Notes under the pieces: generated by a model | Told to the model about the DNA's origin: nothing | Seen by the model: only the letters and a program-made list of their open reading frames with translations | Database searches by the model: none | Source: a virus | Taxonomy: Duplodnaviria > Caudoviricetes | Length of the DNA: 62,798 nucleotides | Direction: 5' to 3' (one strand) | Virus record (IMG/VR): IMGVR_UViG_3300050498_000431 | Span: 1 to 62,798 of that record | Position numbers and translations under genes: made by a program | Shown here: one piece after another, positions 46,032 to 53,641 of the stretch | Layout: the number at the start of each line of letters is the position of its first letter | Numbering within the stretch: the stretch's first letter is position 1

Positions 46032-46244
46032 ATGGTCACACAGTCAGGCCGCAGTGGCATGGGGAGCCATAAGCATGGGGTCTCCGGCTCGGTGCACACG
46101 CAACAGCATTTTACGGGGAAGACGGGGCCAGCGGGTTCCAGGCGCAAAGCCAAGAGTACCCGGAAGCAGCGGCGCCGCAACCGGGGCACGCATGTGAATA
46201 AGTATGCGGACGAGCGGGAGGAGCCTGCGGCCCCCGTTCCGTAA
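46032..46244 (+). CDS. small basic, probably disordered protein embedded in the array
   Basis: AAGGAG RBS; Arg/Lys/His/Gly-rich 70 aa; the array resumes right after its TAA. Confidence 0.55.
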   Translation: MVTQSGRSGMGSHKHGVSGSVHTQQHFTGKTGPAGSRRKAKSTRKQRRRNRGTHVNKYADEREEPAAPVP

Positions 46245-46247
46245 CGT

Positions 46248-46777
46248 GGCGCACGCGCGGATCGTCTAGCCGCAACACGGCGTGGCTACGCGAGGCGTGA
46301 CCCCGCTGGCATCGCAAGGCCCACCAGGGAATCGCATCGCAGGACCGGGCCTGGCGCCGCAGACATCGCACGCCCTGACGAGACGAGGCAACGCGCGACC
46401 AGGCCGGGATTGGCATCGCAGGCACGGCTCGTCGGGGCGTGACGTGACGAGGTAGCGCCCCGCCTGACACGGCTCCGCTGACACGGCTCGACAAAGCGCG
46501 GCTGCACATCGCCCCGCCGGGCACGGCGTCGCAGGCATGGCGTGCCTAGGCACCGCTTCGATCGTTCGGCAAGGCAAGGGACGGCGAGACCCCGCCGCCA
46601 TGGCTAAGCGCGGATCGGCTTGGCCCGACTCGACACCGCAGGCTTCGCAAGTCCTCGCACGTCCAGGCCGCGCATCGCAAGGCCTCGCCCCGCCAGGCCA
46701 CGCCGGCGTGGCACATCGTCGCTTGGTCCGGGGTCGCGCCGCAGCGCAGGACGCCGCACCGCAGGCACGCGGGGCGT
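46248..46777 (+). ncRNA. pentamer array, segment 3 (about 9-10 units)
   Basis: Example 46362-46420: GACAT CGCAC GCCCT GACGA GACGA GGCAA CGCGC GACCA GGCCG GGATT GGCAT CGCA. Confidence 0.75.
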
Positions 46778-46855
46778 GTGACGGGGGGCATCAGACTCCC
46801 GTGCAAAAGCGGTGAGAATCTGCTAGACTCGTGGCTACTTGTGAGTGTCTGCGTA

Positions 46856-46889
46856 GTGGCTGGGGCGGGTTTCGGCCCGCCCTGGTTAC
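46856..46889. terminator. hairpin with a TTCG loop between convergent transcription units
   Basis: GTGGCTGGGGCGGGT-TTCG-GCCCGCCCTGGTTAC. Confidence 0.6.
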
Positions 46890-46903
46890 CGGCCCCTTCC
46901 CGC

Positions 46904-47257
46904 CTAACCAGCCTCCGGGGGACACGCCGAGGGCGGTTGCTTCTCTAAACCAATCAAGCGATTATCGGCTTTGTCTATTGATCGGATAAGTTCATCGAGC
47001 TTGCGATGTAGTGCAGCCTCGTGCCTATTCTGCGTATGTTGAATGATCACGACAAATATAGAGGTCGTTAGTGTCGAAAGCGTATTAATAACAATCTGAT
47101 AGGTATCAGTAAAGCCTATAAAACATCCTCCGATAAACCATATAAGTATGATGGCGAGCGTGGCGGCAAAAGCCCAGATAGACCCCAACGCCTCTGATGA
47201 TTGTTGCGCAAAGGCTGAAAACCATTGAATTAACGTAGATATTTTACTTGTTTTCAT
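46904..47257 (-). CDS. low-affinity iron permease (Fet4-like) family membrane protein
   Basis: GS-x-WAF...GFTDTYQ-x-VINT...IQHTQNR...LH-x-KLDELI...N-x-LIGLE signature. Confidence 0.85.
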   Translation of the reverse strand: MKTSKISTLIQWFSAFAQQSSEALGSIWAFAATLAIILIWFIGGCFIGFTDTYQIVINTLSTLTTSIFVVIIQHTQNRHEAALHRKLDELIRSIDKADNRLIGLEKQPPSACPPEAG

Positions 47258-47270
47258 GTATACTTACTTC

Positions 47271-48368
47271 ATGGAATCTCAGCATATACCTGAAGAATTT
47301 ATACACTTGTTTCCGGTTACGAGTAATAGTGCTCTCGCCACGCATTTTACTATCTCCATCACCAAAGTAGGCAAATGGGCACGTGCAAGACATCTTGTGA
47401 AAGACCCCGCGTATAAACGTGCTATGCAGCGCCAGAGAGCTCTTGGGCATACGCTGAGTGAAGACGCACGTGAGAGAATCCGCCAGAAAGCGCTTGGAAG
47501 AAAAAGGCCTCAGTCTGTGATTGACAAAGCCATGGCGACAAAGCGCGCCAATGGGTCGATCCTTCGACGAGAACGACACCCTATGTGGAAGGGTGGTCGT
47601 AGCATCGCCTCCCGTCATATTAATCCAGCCTATACACAATGGCGTATGGTAGTTTTCGAGCGTGATGGCTATCGGTGCCAAGACTGTGGAAGAGAAGGTA
47701 CCGGCAAAAAACATGAAGGCGGACTGCACGCTCATCATCTGCAATCTTACTCCAAATTCCCTGCCTTGCGGTATGAAGTCTCAAATGGATTAACCTTGTG
47801 CAGTAAGTGTCATTCACAACGACACAAAATCCCTTTTACGAAAAAACCCCCGCCCGAATATATCGAATGCGCCTGTGGGTGTGGCACACGCATGACACGT
47901 CTCAATGAGCGAGGACAGCCTCGGCGCTATGTCAATCATCATGCCGAGCGCGGACGCCGCAACGGCCCTATCGAGTTGGAAAAGATCCGTCAAGCACAAC
48001 TGGGACGCAAGCATACGACAGAGCATAAAGAAAAAATCCGTCAAGCCATGCTCGGCCGTACATTTACTCCTGAACACAGGGCGAATCTCAGCAAGGCTAC
48101 GACTGGGAGAAGACTCTCCGAATCGCATATCGCCAAACTACGCGGACGCACAAAACCCCCTGAGGAACGAGCGAAAATTAGTGCATCCCAGAAAGCGCGG
48201 CTGGCCCTGCATCCTCCTAGGCCCAAAAGTGAGGAGGCCCGCAGAAAGACGAGTATTGCTTTAAAAGGAAGGACTAAAAGCCCTGAGCATCGTTCCAAGA
48301 TTAGTGCATCAAAACGCCAGAAGAATGCAGCCAAGAGAAATGCAACAAATCAACTCAGCCTTTTCTAA
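47271..48368 (+). CDS. HNH homing endonuclease with NUMOD3-type repeats
   Basis: VFERDGYRCQDC...LHAHH...NGLTLC-x2-CH; CACGCG; repeated GR-x3-E-x3-KIS; ATG 47271 lies 7 nt after TATACT (alternative start 47256). Confidence 0.9.
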   Translation: MESQHIPEEFIHLFPVTSNSALATHFTISITKVGKWARARHLVKDPAYKRAMQRQRALGHTLSEDARERIRQKALGRKRPQSVIDKAMATKRANGSILRRERHPMWKGGRSIASRHINPAYTQWRMVVFERDGYRCQDCGREGTGKKHEGGLHAHHLQSYSKFPALRYEVSNGLTLCSKCHSQRHKIPFTKKPPPEYIECACGCGTRMTRLNERGQPRRYVNHHAERGRRNGPIELEKIRQAQLGRKHTTEHKEKIRQAMLGRTFTPEHRANLSKATTGRRLSESHIAKLRGRTKPPEERAKISASQKARLALHPPRPKSEEARRKTSIALKGRTKSPEHRSKISASKRQKNAAKRNATNQLSLF

Positions 48369-48462
48369 GGTACCCCAGAAACATCCAGGCCGACCCCGCG
48401 ATCAGACTCGCCGTCGTGGCGAAGCGATAAAACCAGTCAGCCTGCACGCGCGCTCCTCCCCG

Positions 48463-48690
48463 CTAGCGTACCACACTTGCCCCGTCGAGCACCGCGTCGC
48501 TGATCCGTGCCAACTCATAGCTTTTGGAGGGCATCACGAGGCGCAGATCGCACTGCGAGAGATGGCCGTGCGCGAAATGCCAGGCGAGGGAGCCGTTCTT
48601 CTGCAGCTCCAGGGCACACGCGAGCATGCGCAGGTGCTCTTCGGTCACGCCATGCAATTCGAGCCGTTCCCACACGTGTGCATCAAGCAT
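48463..48690 (-). CDS. hypothetical protein
   Basis: AGGAGG RBS before MLDAHVW. Confidence 0.55.
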   Translation of the reverse strand: MLDAHVWERLELHGVTEEHLRMLACALELQKNGSLAWHFAHGHLSQCDLRLVMPSKSYELARISDAVLDGASVVR

Positions 48691-48892
48691 TGGGCGCCTC
48701 CTGGCAGGGGTTGAGGCACTCCCACCCCGCAAAGCGCTGGGGCTGCATCGACTCCTGGGTATACGTCGCCACCCAGCAGGTGTCCCCCACCCAAAGCGGG
48801 CCGGATAGGGGGGGCGGGCGTGGCAGATACGCCCGCACAAAGGCTTCCGTCGCCGCACTGATGGGGCGCAGCTCACGGCCATCAAACATCAT
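48683..48892 (-). CDS. hypothetical protein
   Basis: Coupled small ORF. Confidence 0.5.
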   Translation of the reverse strand: MMFDGRELRPISAATEAFVRAYLPRPPPLSGPLWVGDTCWVATYTQESMQPQRFAGWECLNPCQEAPNA

Positions 48893-49209
48893 GGCGCCCC
48901 CTCCCGCTCACGCCGCCAGGCCGCATACTTGGGCGCCGCCTTAAAGCCATAATCCGTGGCATAGATCCGGAGCTTCTCCAGGACTTTGCCCCCGCCCTTG
49001 CATTGCTGCGCATACCGTGGCGGGTTGGCCGTCGCGCAGACATGCGCAATGATCTGCCGCACCTGGAACGCATTGGTATGCCACCGCGTTGCCACCCGCT
49101 CTAGCCGCTCGCCGAGTAAGGCTTCCTGCGTCATGCGGCGATAGTCCTGCGGGGTCAAGTGCTGATGACACAGGCACTGACACTGGGCACAGGCACAACA
49201 CGCACTCAT
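48889..49209 (-). CDS. hypothetical protein with a Cys-rich N-terminus
   Basis: ATGA-coupled at both ends. Confidence 0.55.
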   Translation of the reverse strand: MSACCACAQCQCLCHQHLTPQDYRRMTQEALLGERLERVATRWHTNAFQVRQIIAHVCATANPPRYAQQCKGGGKVLEKLRIYATDYGFKAAPKYAAWRREREGAP

Positions 49210-49424
49210 ACGGGCTCCTCCGGGACCTCCTCGGGTAGCGTGAAGGTATACGTCAGCCGATAGCTCCCCGGCGTCTCCGGATCGAGGCGCCAGCGCAGAC
49301 TCTGCGCCTGCCGCGGCAGGGCGCCCTGGGCATGCAGCAGGGCCTCAATGGCGACCATCGTGCGCCCGGCCATGAGCCGCGCGGGCAGCCACACTTCGCC
49401 CGTGAGCGTCAAGGTGCTTGGCAT
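49206..49424 (-). CDS. hypothetical protein
   Basis: AGGAGG RBS; coupled. Confidence 0.5.
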   Translation of the reverse strand: MPSTLTLTGEVWLPARLMAGRTMVAIEALLHAQGALPRQAQSLRWRLDPETPGSYRLTYTFTLPEEVPEEPV

Positions 49425-49606
49425 GGGTCCTCCTGCTTCGTGCGGCGGCGATGCTCTGTGGTGAGAAACGCCTCGAAGCGCTCCAGGACCGTCGGCGGAT
49501 CTGGAGGCGCGTCGGGCGACGCGTAAAAGCCTGGTTCGGGCTCATAGTCGAGCTCATCATCAGGCTGTTGCTGCCAATGCGTGTAGCGGGGATCAGGCGG
49601 CGTCAT
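49409..49606 (-). CDS. hypothetical protein
   Basis: ATGA-coupled small acidic ORF. Confidence 0.45.
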   Translation of the reverse strand: MTPPDPRYTHWQQQPDDELDYEPEPGFYASPDAPPDPPTVLERFEAFLTTEHRRRTKQEDPCQAP

Positions 49607-49806
49607 GGGGCCTCCGGCGCGGTCTGCCCGTAGGGAGCATGCACCGCCGGATCATAGGTTTTGGGCACGCGGTCGAGCCAAACATGACACGCGGCACAGT
49701 AGGTGAAATCAATGTCCTGGGGGTGAAAACTTAAGCGATTGCAGAGGAGACACAGGAGCGCGGTTTCGCCCTGCACCTGGAGCACACGGTACGCGTCGGT
49801 AATCAT
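49603..49806 (-). CDS. small zinc-ribbon-like protein
   Basis: CLLC...YCAACH; starts at an EELGA junction repeat. Confidence 0.55.
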   Translation of the reverse strand: MITDAYRVLQVQGETALLCLLCNRLSFHPQDIDFTYCAACHVWLDRVPKTYDPAVHAPYGQTAPEAP

Positions 49807-49997
49807 GCGCCCAGCTCCTCGGTACAATCTTCAATGGCTTCGAGATCAAACCCCCCGGTATCCTCGACGTGGACATCCCAGATTTGTAGCATATCGGTGC
49901 CCGACGGGGTGATATGGACTGCATAACGGGCACAGAGCGCCTCCAGGTCCGCCAGAAACTGCCGACAGCGCGGGTGAAAATCCGCAGGCGTGGTCAT
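49803..49997 (-). CDS. hypothetical protein ending in EELGA
   Basis: ATGA-coupled; shared 3' junction. Confidence 0.55.
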   Translation of the reverse strand: MTTPADFHPRCRQFLADLEALCARYAVHITPSGTDMLQIWDVHVEDTGGFDLEAIEDCTEELGA

Positions 49998-50224
49998 GCC
50001 CCCAACTCCTCAAGAGGGATCGTCATGTCGACCTGCATCCGCAGCGTCTCCGTGTCCTCGTCCTTGCGCAGCATGACGCGCACGCGCCCGCCAGGATAAC
50101 CACCAATGAGCAGGCCGACCTGGAACATAGTGCAGGCTACGAGCTGCGCTATGGCCGGGGAAGCCCCGTCCAGGTTACTGAGTTCGACCTCGACCCGTTC
50201 GTGCGGGACCAGCGGTCGTCTCAT
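49994..50224 (-). CDS. hypothetical protein ending in LEELGA
   Basis: ATGA-coupled; shared 3' junction. Confidence 0.55.
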   Translation of the reverse strand: MRRPLVPHERVEVELSNLDGASPAIAQLVACTMFQVGLLIGGYPGGRVRVMLRKDEDTETLRMQVDMTIPLEELGA

Positions 50225-50457
50225 GCGCCAAGCTCCTCTAGGGTCAGCGGTGTACCGGCGGCAGCCTCCAGGGGAAGAATCCAGGTCGTCAAGTCCGTCG
50301 TATCAACCGGATAGGGGCGTTCATAGTCTAGCACCACATACCGCTCCTTGATGTCGCGTCCCCACAAATAGGAGACGAGCATGGCACACTCGTCGGTCGT
50401 AAAAACGGGCACGCCCCGGCGCAGAATGACATAGCGATGTCGGGGATTCACGGTCAT
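50221..50457 (-). CDS. hypothetical protein ending in PLTLEELGA
   Basis: ATGA-coupled; last 9 aa identical to the gpF C-terminus. Confidence 0.55.
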   Translation of the reverse strand: MTVNPRHRYVILRRGVPVFTTDECAMLVSYLWGRDIKERYVVLDYERPYPVDTTDLTTWILPLEAAAGTPLTLEELGA

Positions 50458-51494
50458 GCGCCAAGTTCCTCTAACGTGAGCGGCTTGCCCGTGGCCGCGT
50501 CGATCAATTGTTTCGGCGTGAGGGTGCCGGCGCGGAACATCCGTGCCCGCGTCGGGCCAAGGACGGCATCCTGATACGCCGTATCGCGGCGAGAAAGCCA
50601 CTGACTCACCGTCTGTTGCGGGACGCGTCCGCCTCCCGGGACCACGGGGATCATTTCACTCCGGCATCCCGGATGGTAGGGCGGCCCGCCGAGATAGGGC
50701 ACCGCGTGGTCGACGGGCTCATGGTCCGGCACGGTATAGCGCAAACCATGCCGCCCTAAACAGAGGTGTGACGTGTGGCTGTCGAGGACCGAACTATGTT
50801 CAATCAGTACCTCACTAGCATTGACATCGGCGACCTTGACCCGTGCCTCACTGACCGCGTTGGTGGTCTGCGTCCGCAGCAAGCGGGCCGCGTCTTCCTT
50901 GGCCTTGGTCATAATCCCGTCCGCATAGCCATTGGCCGCCGTCCCTTGCACACGGGCGACGAGGGCCGGGAGGGGCTCCTCCAGGCTGACGCCCACCATG
51001 AGCGAATCCCCCACGCGCGTCACGAGCCCGACAGCCGCGCGGCCCCACCAGTCCTCGCCCGTGGTACTCAGGTCCGTTGGCGAGGCCGGGCTAGGGATCA
51101 ATGTCTGCCGCACGGCCCGGCGGAGCGCCGTGTCACTGGGCGTCTCCTCGATGGTTTCCGTCGCGGTGGCGGTATTGACGATCCGTCGCGTGACCATGGC
51201 TTCTTGCGCCGCTAGGGCGACCAGAAACGCGTCCACGTCGCGGGCGATCTGGACATACCGCGTCATCACGAGCGGGTCCACCTCCTCCCGTATGAGGAAG
51301 TGTACCGCCCGACGCCGCGCCACGAGAAAGGAGAACTGCGCCGGATCGGCCTCGCGGAGCGCATGCAACAGATCGCTTTCAAGAAGCGCTAAGATCCCCC
51401 ACACCTCATGGCGCTGGTGCGTCTCCGCCCGGCCCACCTGGAGCAGGCGCGCGGTAAAGGCATCGGCAATCTGCGCGTTTACAGGCTCGGCCAT
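50454..51494 (-). CDS. head morphogenesis protein (Mu gpF / SPP1 gp7-like)
   Basis: LRT-x2-TN...SVLDS-x-TS-x2-C...PPYHPGCRS...WL...Q-x2-VLG...G-x-PLTLEEL. Confidence 0.88.
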   Translation of the reverse strand: MAEPVNAQIADAFTARLLQVGRAETHQRHEVWGILALLESDLLHALREADPAQFSFLVARRRAVHFLIREEVDPLVMTRYVQIARDVDAFLVALAAQEAMVTRRIVNTATATETIEETPSDTALRRAVRQTLIPSPASPTDLSTTGEDWWGRAAVGLVTRVGDSLMVGVSLEEPLPALVARVQGTAANGYADGIMTKAKEDAARLLRTQTTNAVSEARVKVADVNASEVLIEHSSVLDSHTSHLCLGRHGLRYTVPDHEPVDHAVPYLGGPPYHPGCRSEMIPVVPGGGRVPQQTVSQWLSRRDTAYQDAVLGPTRARMFRAGTLTPKQLIDAATGKPLTLEELGA

Positions 51495-51518
51495 AGGTTG
51501 CAATCCCTTCCAGGGGAG

Positions 51519-51737
51519 CTAGAGGCTTGGCCAGAGCACCTCGTCCAGCACCTCGAAACACTCAACCCGCCCATCGGGATAGATCTTATAGCGGGCGACG
51601 ACAATACGCTGCCCCTGCGCATTCAACGCCTGTGCCTCGACCAGGACATCCTCGACCGGGGCATACTCTTCGAGCACCCGCGCGATGGTCGCTTCAAAGA
51701 CGCGACGGGCGTGCGTCCGATCAATCGACATCAGCAT
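51519..51737 (-). CDS. hypothetical protein
   Basis: GAGGAG RBS. Confidence 0.5.
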   Translation of the reverse strand: MLMSIDRTHARRVFEATIARVLEEYAPVEDVLVEAQALNAQGQRIVVARYKIYPDGRVECFEVLDEVLWPSL

Positions 51738-51933
51738 CGCTCCTCGTAGACGTGTGCACGAGCGCCCGTGCCAGCTGTTGCACCAGGCGCCGACACGTGG
51801 CCCACGGCGTCCGGGCGAGAGGCACCGAGGGCACCGCACGCAGCAGCGCCGCCAGCCCTTCTTGCACGTGTGCCGCTTCCTCGATACTCAGGGTCAGCCG
51901 CAGGGAGGTGTGGCCTACGCGGACGAGATGCAT
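51721..51933 (-). CDS. hypothetical protein
   Basis: AAGGGG RBS; overlaps the next gene. Confidence 0.4.
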   Translation of the reverse strand: MHLVRVGHTSLRLTLSIEEAAHVQEGLAALLRAVPSVPLARTPWATCRRLVQQLARALVHTSTRSDADVD

Positions 51934-52074
51934 AGGTCCCCTTCACTCATACGCAAACTCTCCAAAGTGTACCAGTAACGTCGTGAGAGGGCGAAACCAC
52001 TGTGCGCGCGCCCCTGTGTGGTAGACTCATACGCAAAGTTGCGGTACACACACAAAGCGAAGTAGCCTGACACC

Positions 52075-52257
52075 CTACGCCGGCTCTGGCGGTCGCGTAT
52101 TCCACAACTCCCGCGCCTCCTCGATGCTCCGCCCCTCTGGCCCACACGCGTGACAGTCGCGGCACATGGCCGTCGCATACGTGCCGCCGACATCGCTTTC
52201 CCAGACCTCAATCACCACACTGCCACAGAACGGGCAGGCCGCAAGCGGTTCAGCCAC
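52075..52257 (-). CDS. Lar-family restriction alleviation protein
   Basis: L-x2-CPFCG...C-x2-C-x-A-x-GP...EEA-x3-WNTR. Confidence 0.75.
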   Translation of the reverse strand: MAEPLAACPFCGSVVIEVWESDVGGTYATAMCRDCHACGPEGRSIEEARELWNTRPPEPA

Positions 52258-52261
52258 GCCG

Positions 52262-52672
52262 CTACACCGTCAGCCGCAGCCGACTTGTCTCCGGCAGCGC
52301 TTCGTCATGGCGTTCCCATTCGCCGCCGCCCACCGGGATCTGAATCTCACCACTAAACCCCGCGGGTTGAACAATGCTACTCGCCCACTTAAACAACTCT
52401 TTCTCGATCGCCGCTTGCAGGCGCTGGAGCACCTGGAGATACTCCAGTTCGGCATCGCCCGCCTTCGCGTCGAGATGCCCCAACGCCTGGCGCATGGCCT
52501 GCTCCAACTCGGGCGTGGCCTCGTGGCTCTCGGGGTCCGCGAGGATATGCTGGAGCGTCACCACGAGCTGGCGCAGTTTGTCCACATAGCCCTGGCTCAT
52601 ATCGGCGTCGTGGTCGAGGGCTTCAATCATCGCATCAATCAGGGCTTCAAGGGTCGGATCGTAGGGTTCCAC
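52262..52672 (-). CDS. hypothetical acidic helical protein
   Basis: AAGGAGG RBS with a GTG start at 52672. Confidence 0.55.
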   Translation of the reverse strand: MEPYDPTLEALIDAMIEALDHDADMSQGYVDKLRQLVVTLQHILADPESHEATPELEQAMRQALGHLDAKAGDAELEYLQVLQRLQAAIEKELFKWASSIVQPAGFSGEIQIPVGGGEWERHDEALPETSRLRLTV

Positions 52673-52695
52673 ACTTCCTCCTTTCGTAAGCAGTC

Positions 52696-53130
52696 CTAGA
52701 GCGTGAGGCCATAGCGCCTGCGGACCTGCTGCACAGGACACGTGGCCCGCTCGTCGTCCGTGACGATACCGTGAAAGCGCGTGTGCAACTCGCGCGGTGA
52801 CATACACGCAGGGCATGTGTGCTGGCGTTCCAACTGGCGGATCTCCGCACCGGCACGCCGATGTAAACGACTTGCTTCGGCGCTCGCGGCCGTGTGCCAC
52901 CGGCTCAGCAGCGTGCTCAGATGCCATAAGGCCGCGACCGTATAGGGCGGCTCCGCATAGGGCGGGTCAAACACGGCCAGCAGCGCCCCAAAGAGCTGCG
53001 TTTTCTGGGCCACGACCTCCGCGTCGAGCGCTTCATCGTCCAGCAACGCGAACACCACCGCGGGTTGCGCAGTGAGTGCCAGCAGGGCGTCGTGGCGCGG
53101 GCCACCCCAGGGAGACGCAGCAGGGTCCAC
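52696..53130 (-). CDS. hypothetical protein
   Basis: Coupled ORF; C-terminal CPAC; start uncertain. Confidence 0.45.
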   Translation of the reverse strand: MDPAASPWGGPRHDALLALTAQPAVVFALLDDEALDAEVVAQKTQLFGALLAVFDPPYAEPPYTVAALWHLSTLLSRWHTAASAEASRLHRRAGAEIRQLERQHTCPACMSPRELHTRFHGIVTDDERATCPVQQVRRRYGLTL

Positions 53131-53324
53131 TAGTCCTCTCCGAGTTGGCGCAGTTCGTCCGTGACACACGCCTGCACGTCGAGCAGAAGCTGGCGATAGG
53201 ACCGGGGCGACTCCGCCTGGGGGCGAAAGGTCACGAGGAGCCGCTGCAACCCATACGCGCGGTCTTCCTGCCGCATGCGCGCGTGTAATTCCTCCTGGAG
53301 CATGTCAAAGTTCGTCGTCGCCAT
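53130..53324 (-). CDS. hypothetical protein
   Basis: AAGGAG RBS. Confidence 0.5.
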   Translation of the reverse strand: MATTNFDMLQEELHARMRQEDRAYGLQRLLVTFRPQAESPRSYRQLLLDVQACVTDELRQLGED

Positions 53325-53327
53325 ACG

Positions 53328-53525
53328 CTATCTCCTTTTGCGTTTGCGCCCGCCGCGCATGGCCGAGAGCCCCGCCGCCACCGCCATGCGATTCGCACGG
53401 GCTTTGCCAAACTTACGGGCTACAGCTTTGAAGCGACTGGACTTATGCATTTCACGAATATTACTACTCGCAACACGGTTGCGAGTCTTTTTTGAACTAC
53501 CCTTGCGGGCACGTTTGAGAGGCAT
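53328..53525 (-). CDS. small highly basic protein
   Basis: MPLK...S-x-NIRE...AVAAGL pattern seen in small phage proteins; AAGGAGG RBS. Confidence 0.65.
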   Translation of the reverse strand: MPLKRARKGSSKKTRNRVASSNIREMHKSSRFKAVARKFGKARANRMAVAAGLSAMRGGRKRKRR

Positions 53526-53641
53526 ACAGCACCTCCTTACGCTAGCGATAACCCGGCTATTCTGTTATACTTACGGCTTAGACAGGGCGTATCAGGCCCC
53601 GCCTAAGCCTACCACCACACTTGTGAGGAGACACAAGCATC

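Noticed and set aside
44235-46777. Canonical CRISPR array or simple microsatellite
   Set aside because: There is no 23-50-nt identical repeat alternating with unique spacers and no cas1/cas2; the variable positions differ throughout and units are punctuated, unlike a slippage-generated satellite.
46111-46815. ORFs spanning array segment 3
   Set aside because: Same artefact as segment 1.
51945-52037. 13-bp direct repeat ACTCATACGCAAA, 80 bp apart
   Set aside because: Only two short copies; it could mark a tiny insertion but is too weak to call an att site or mobile element.
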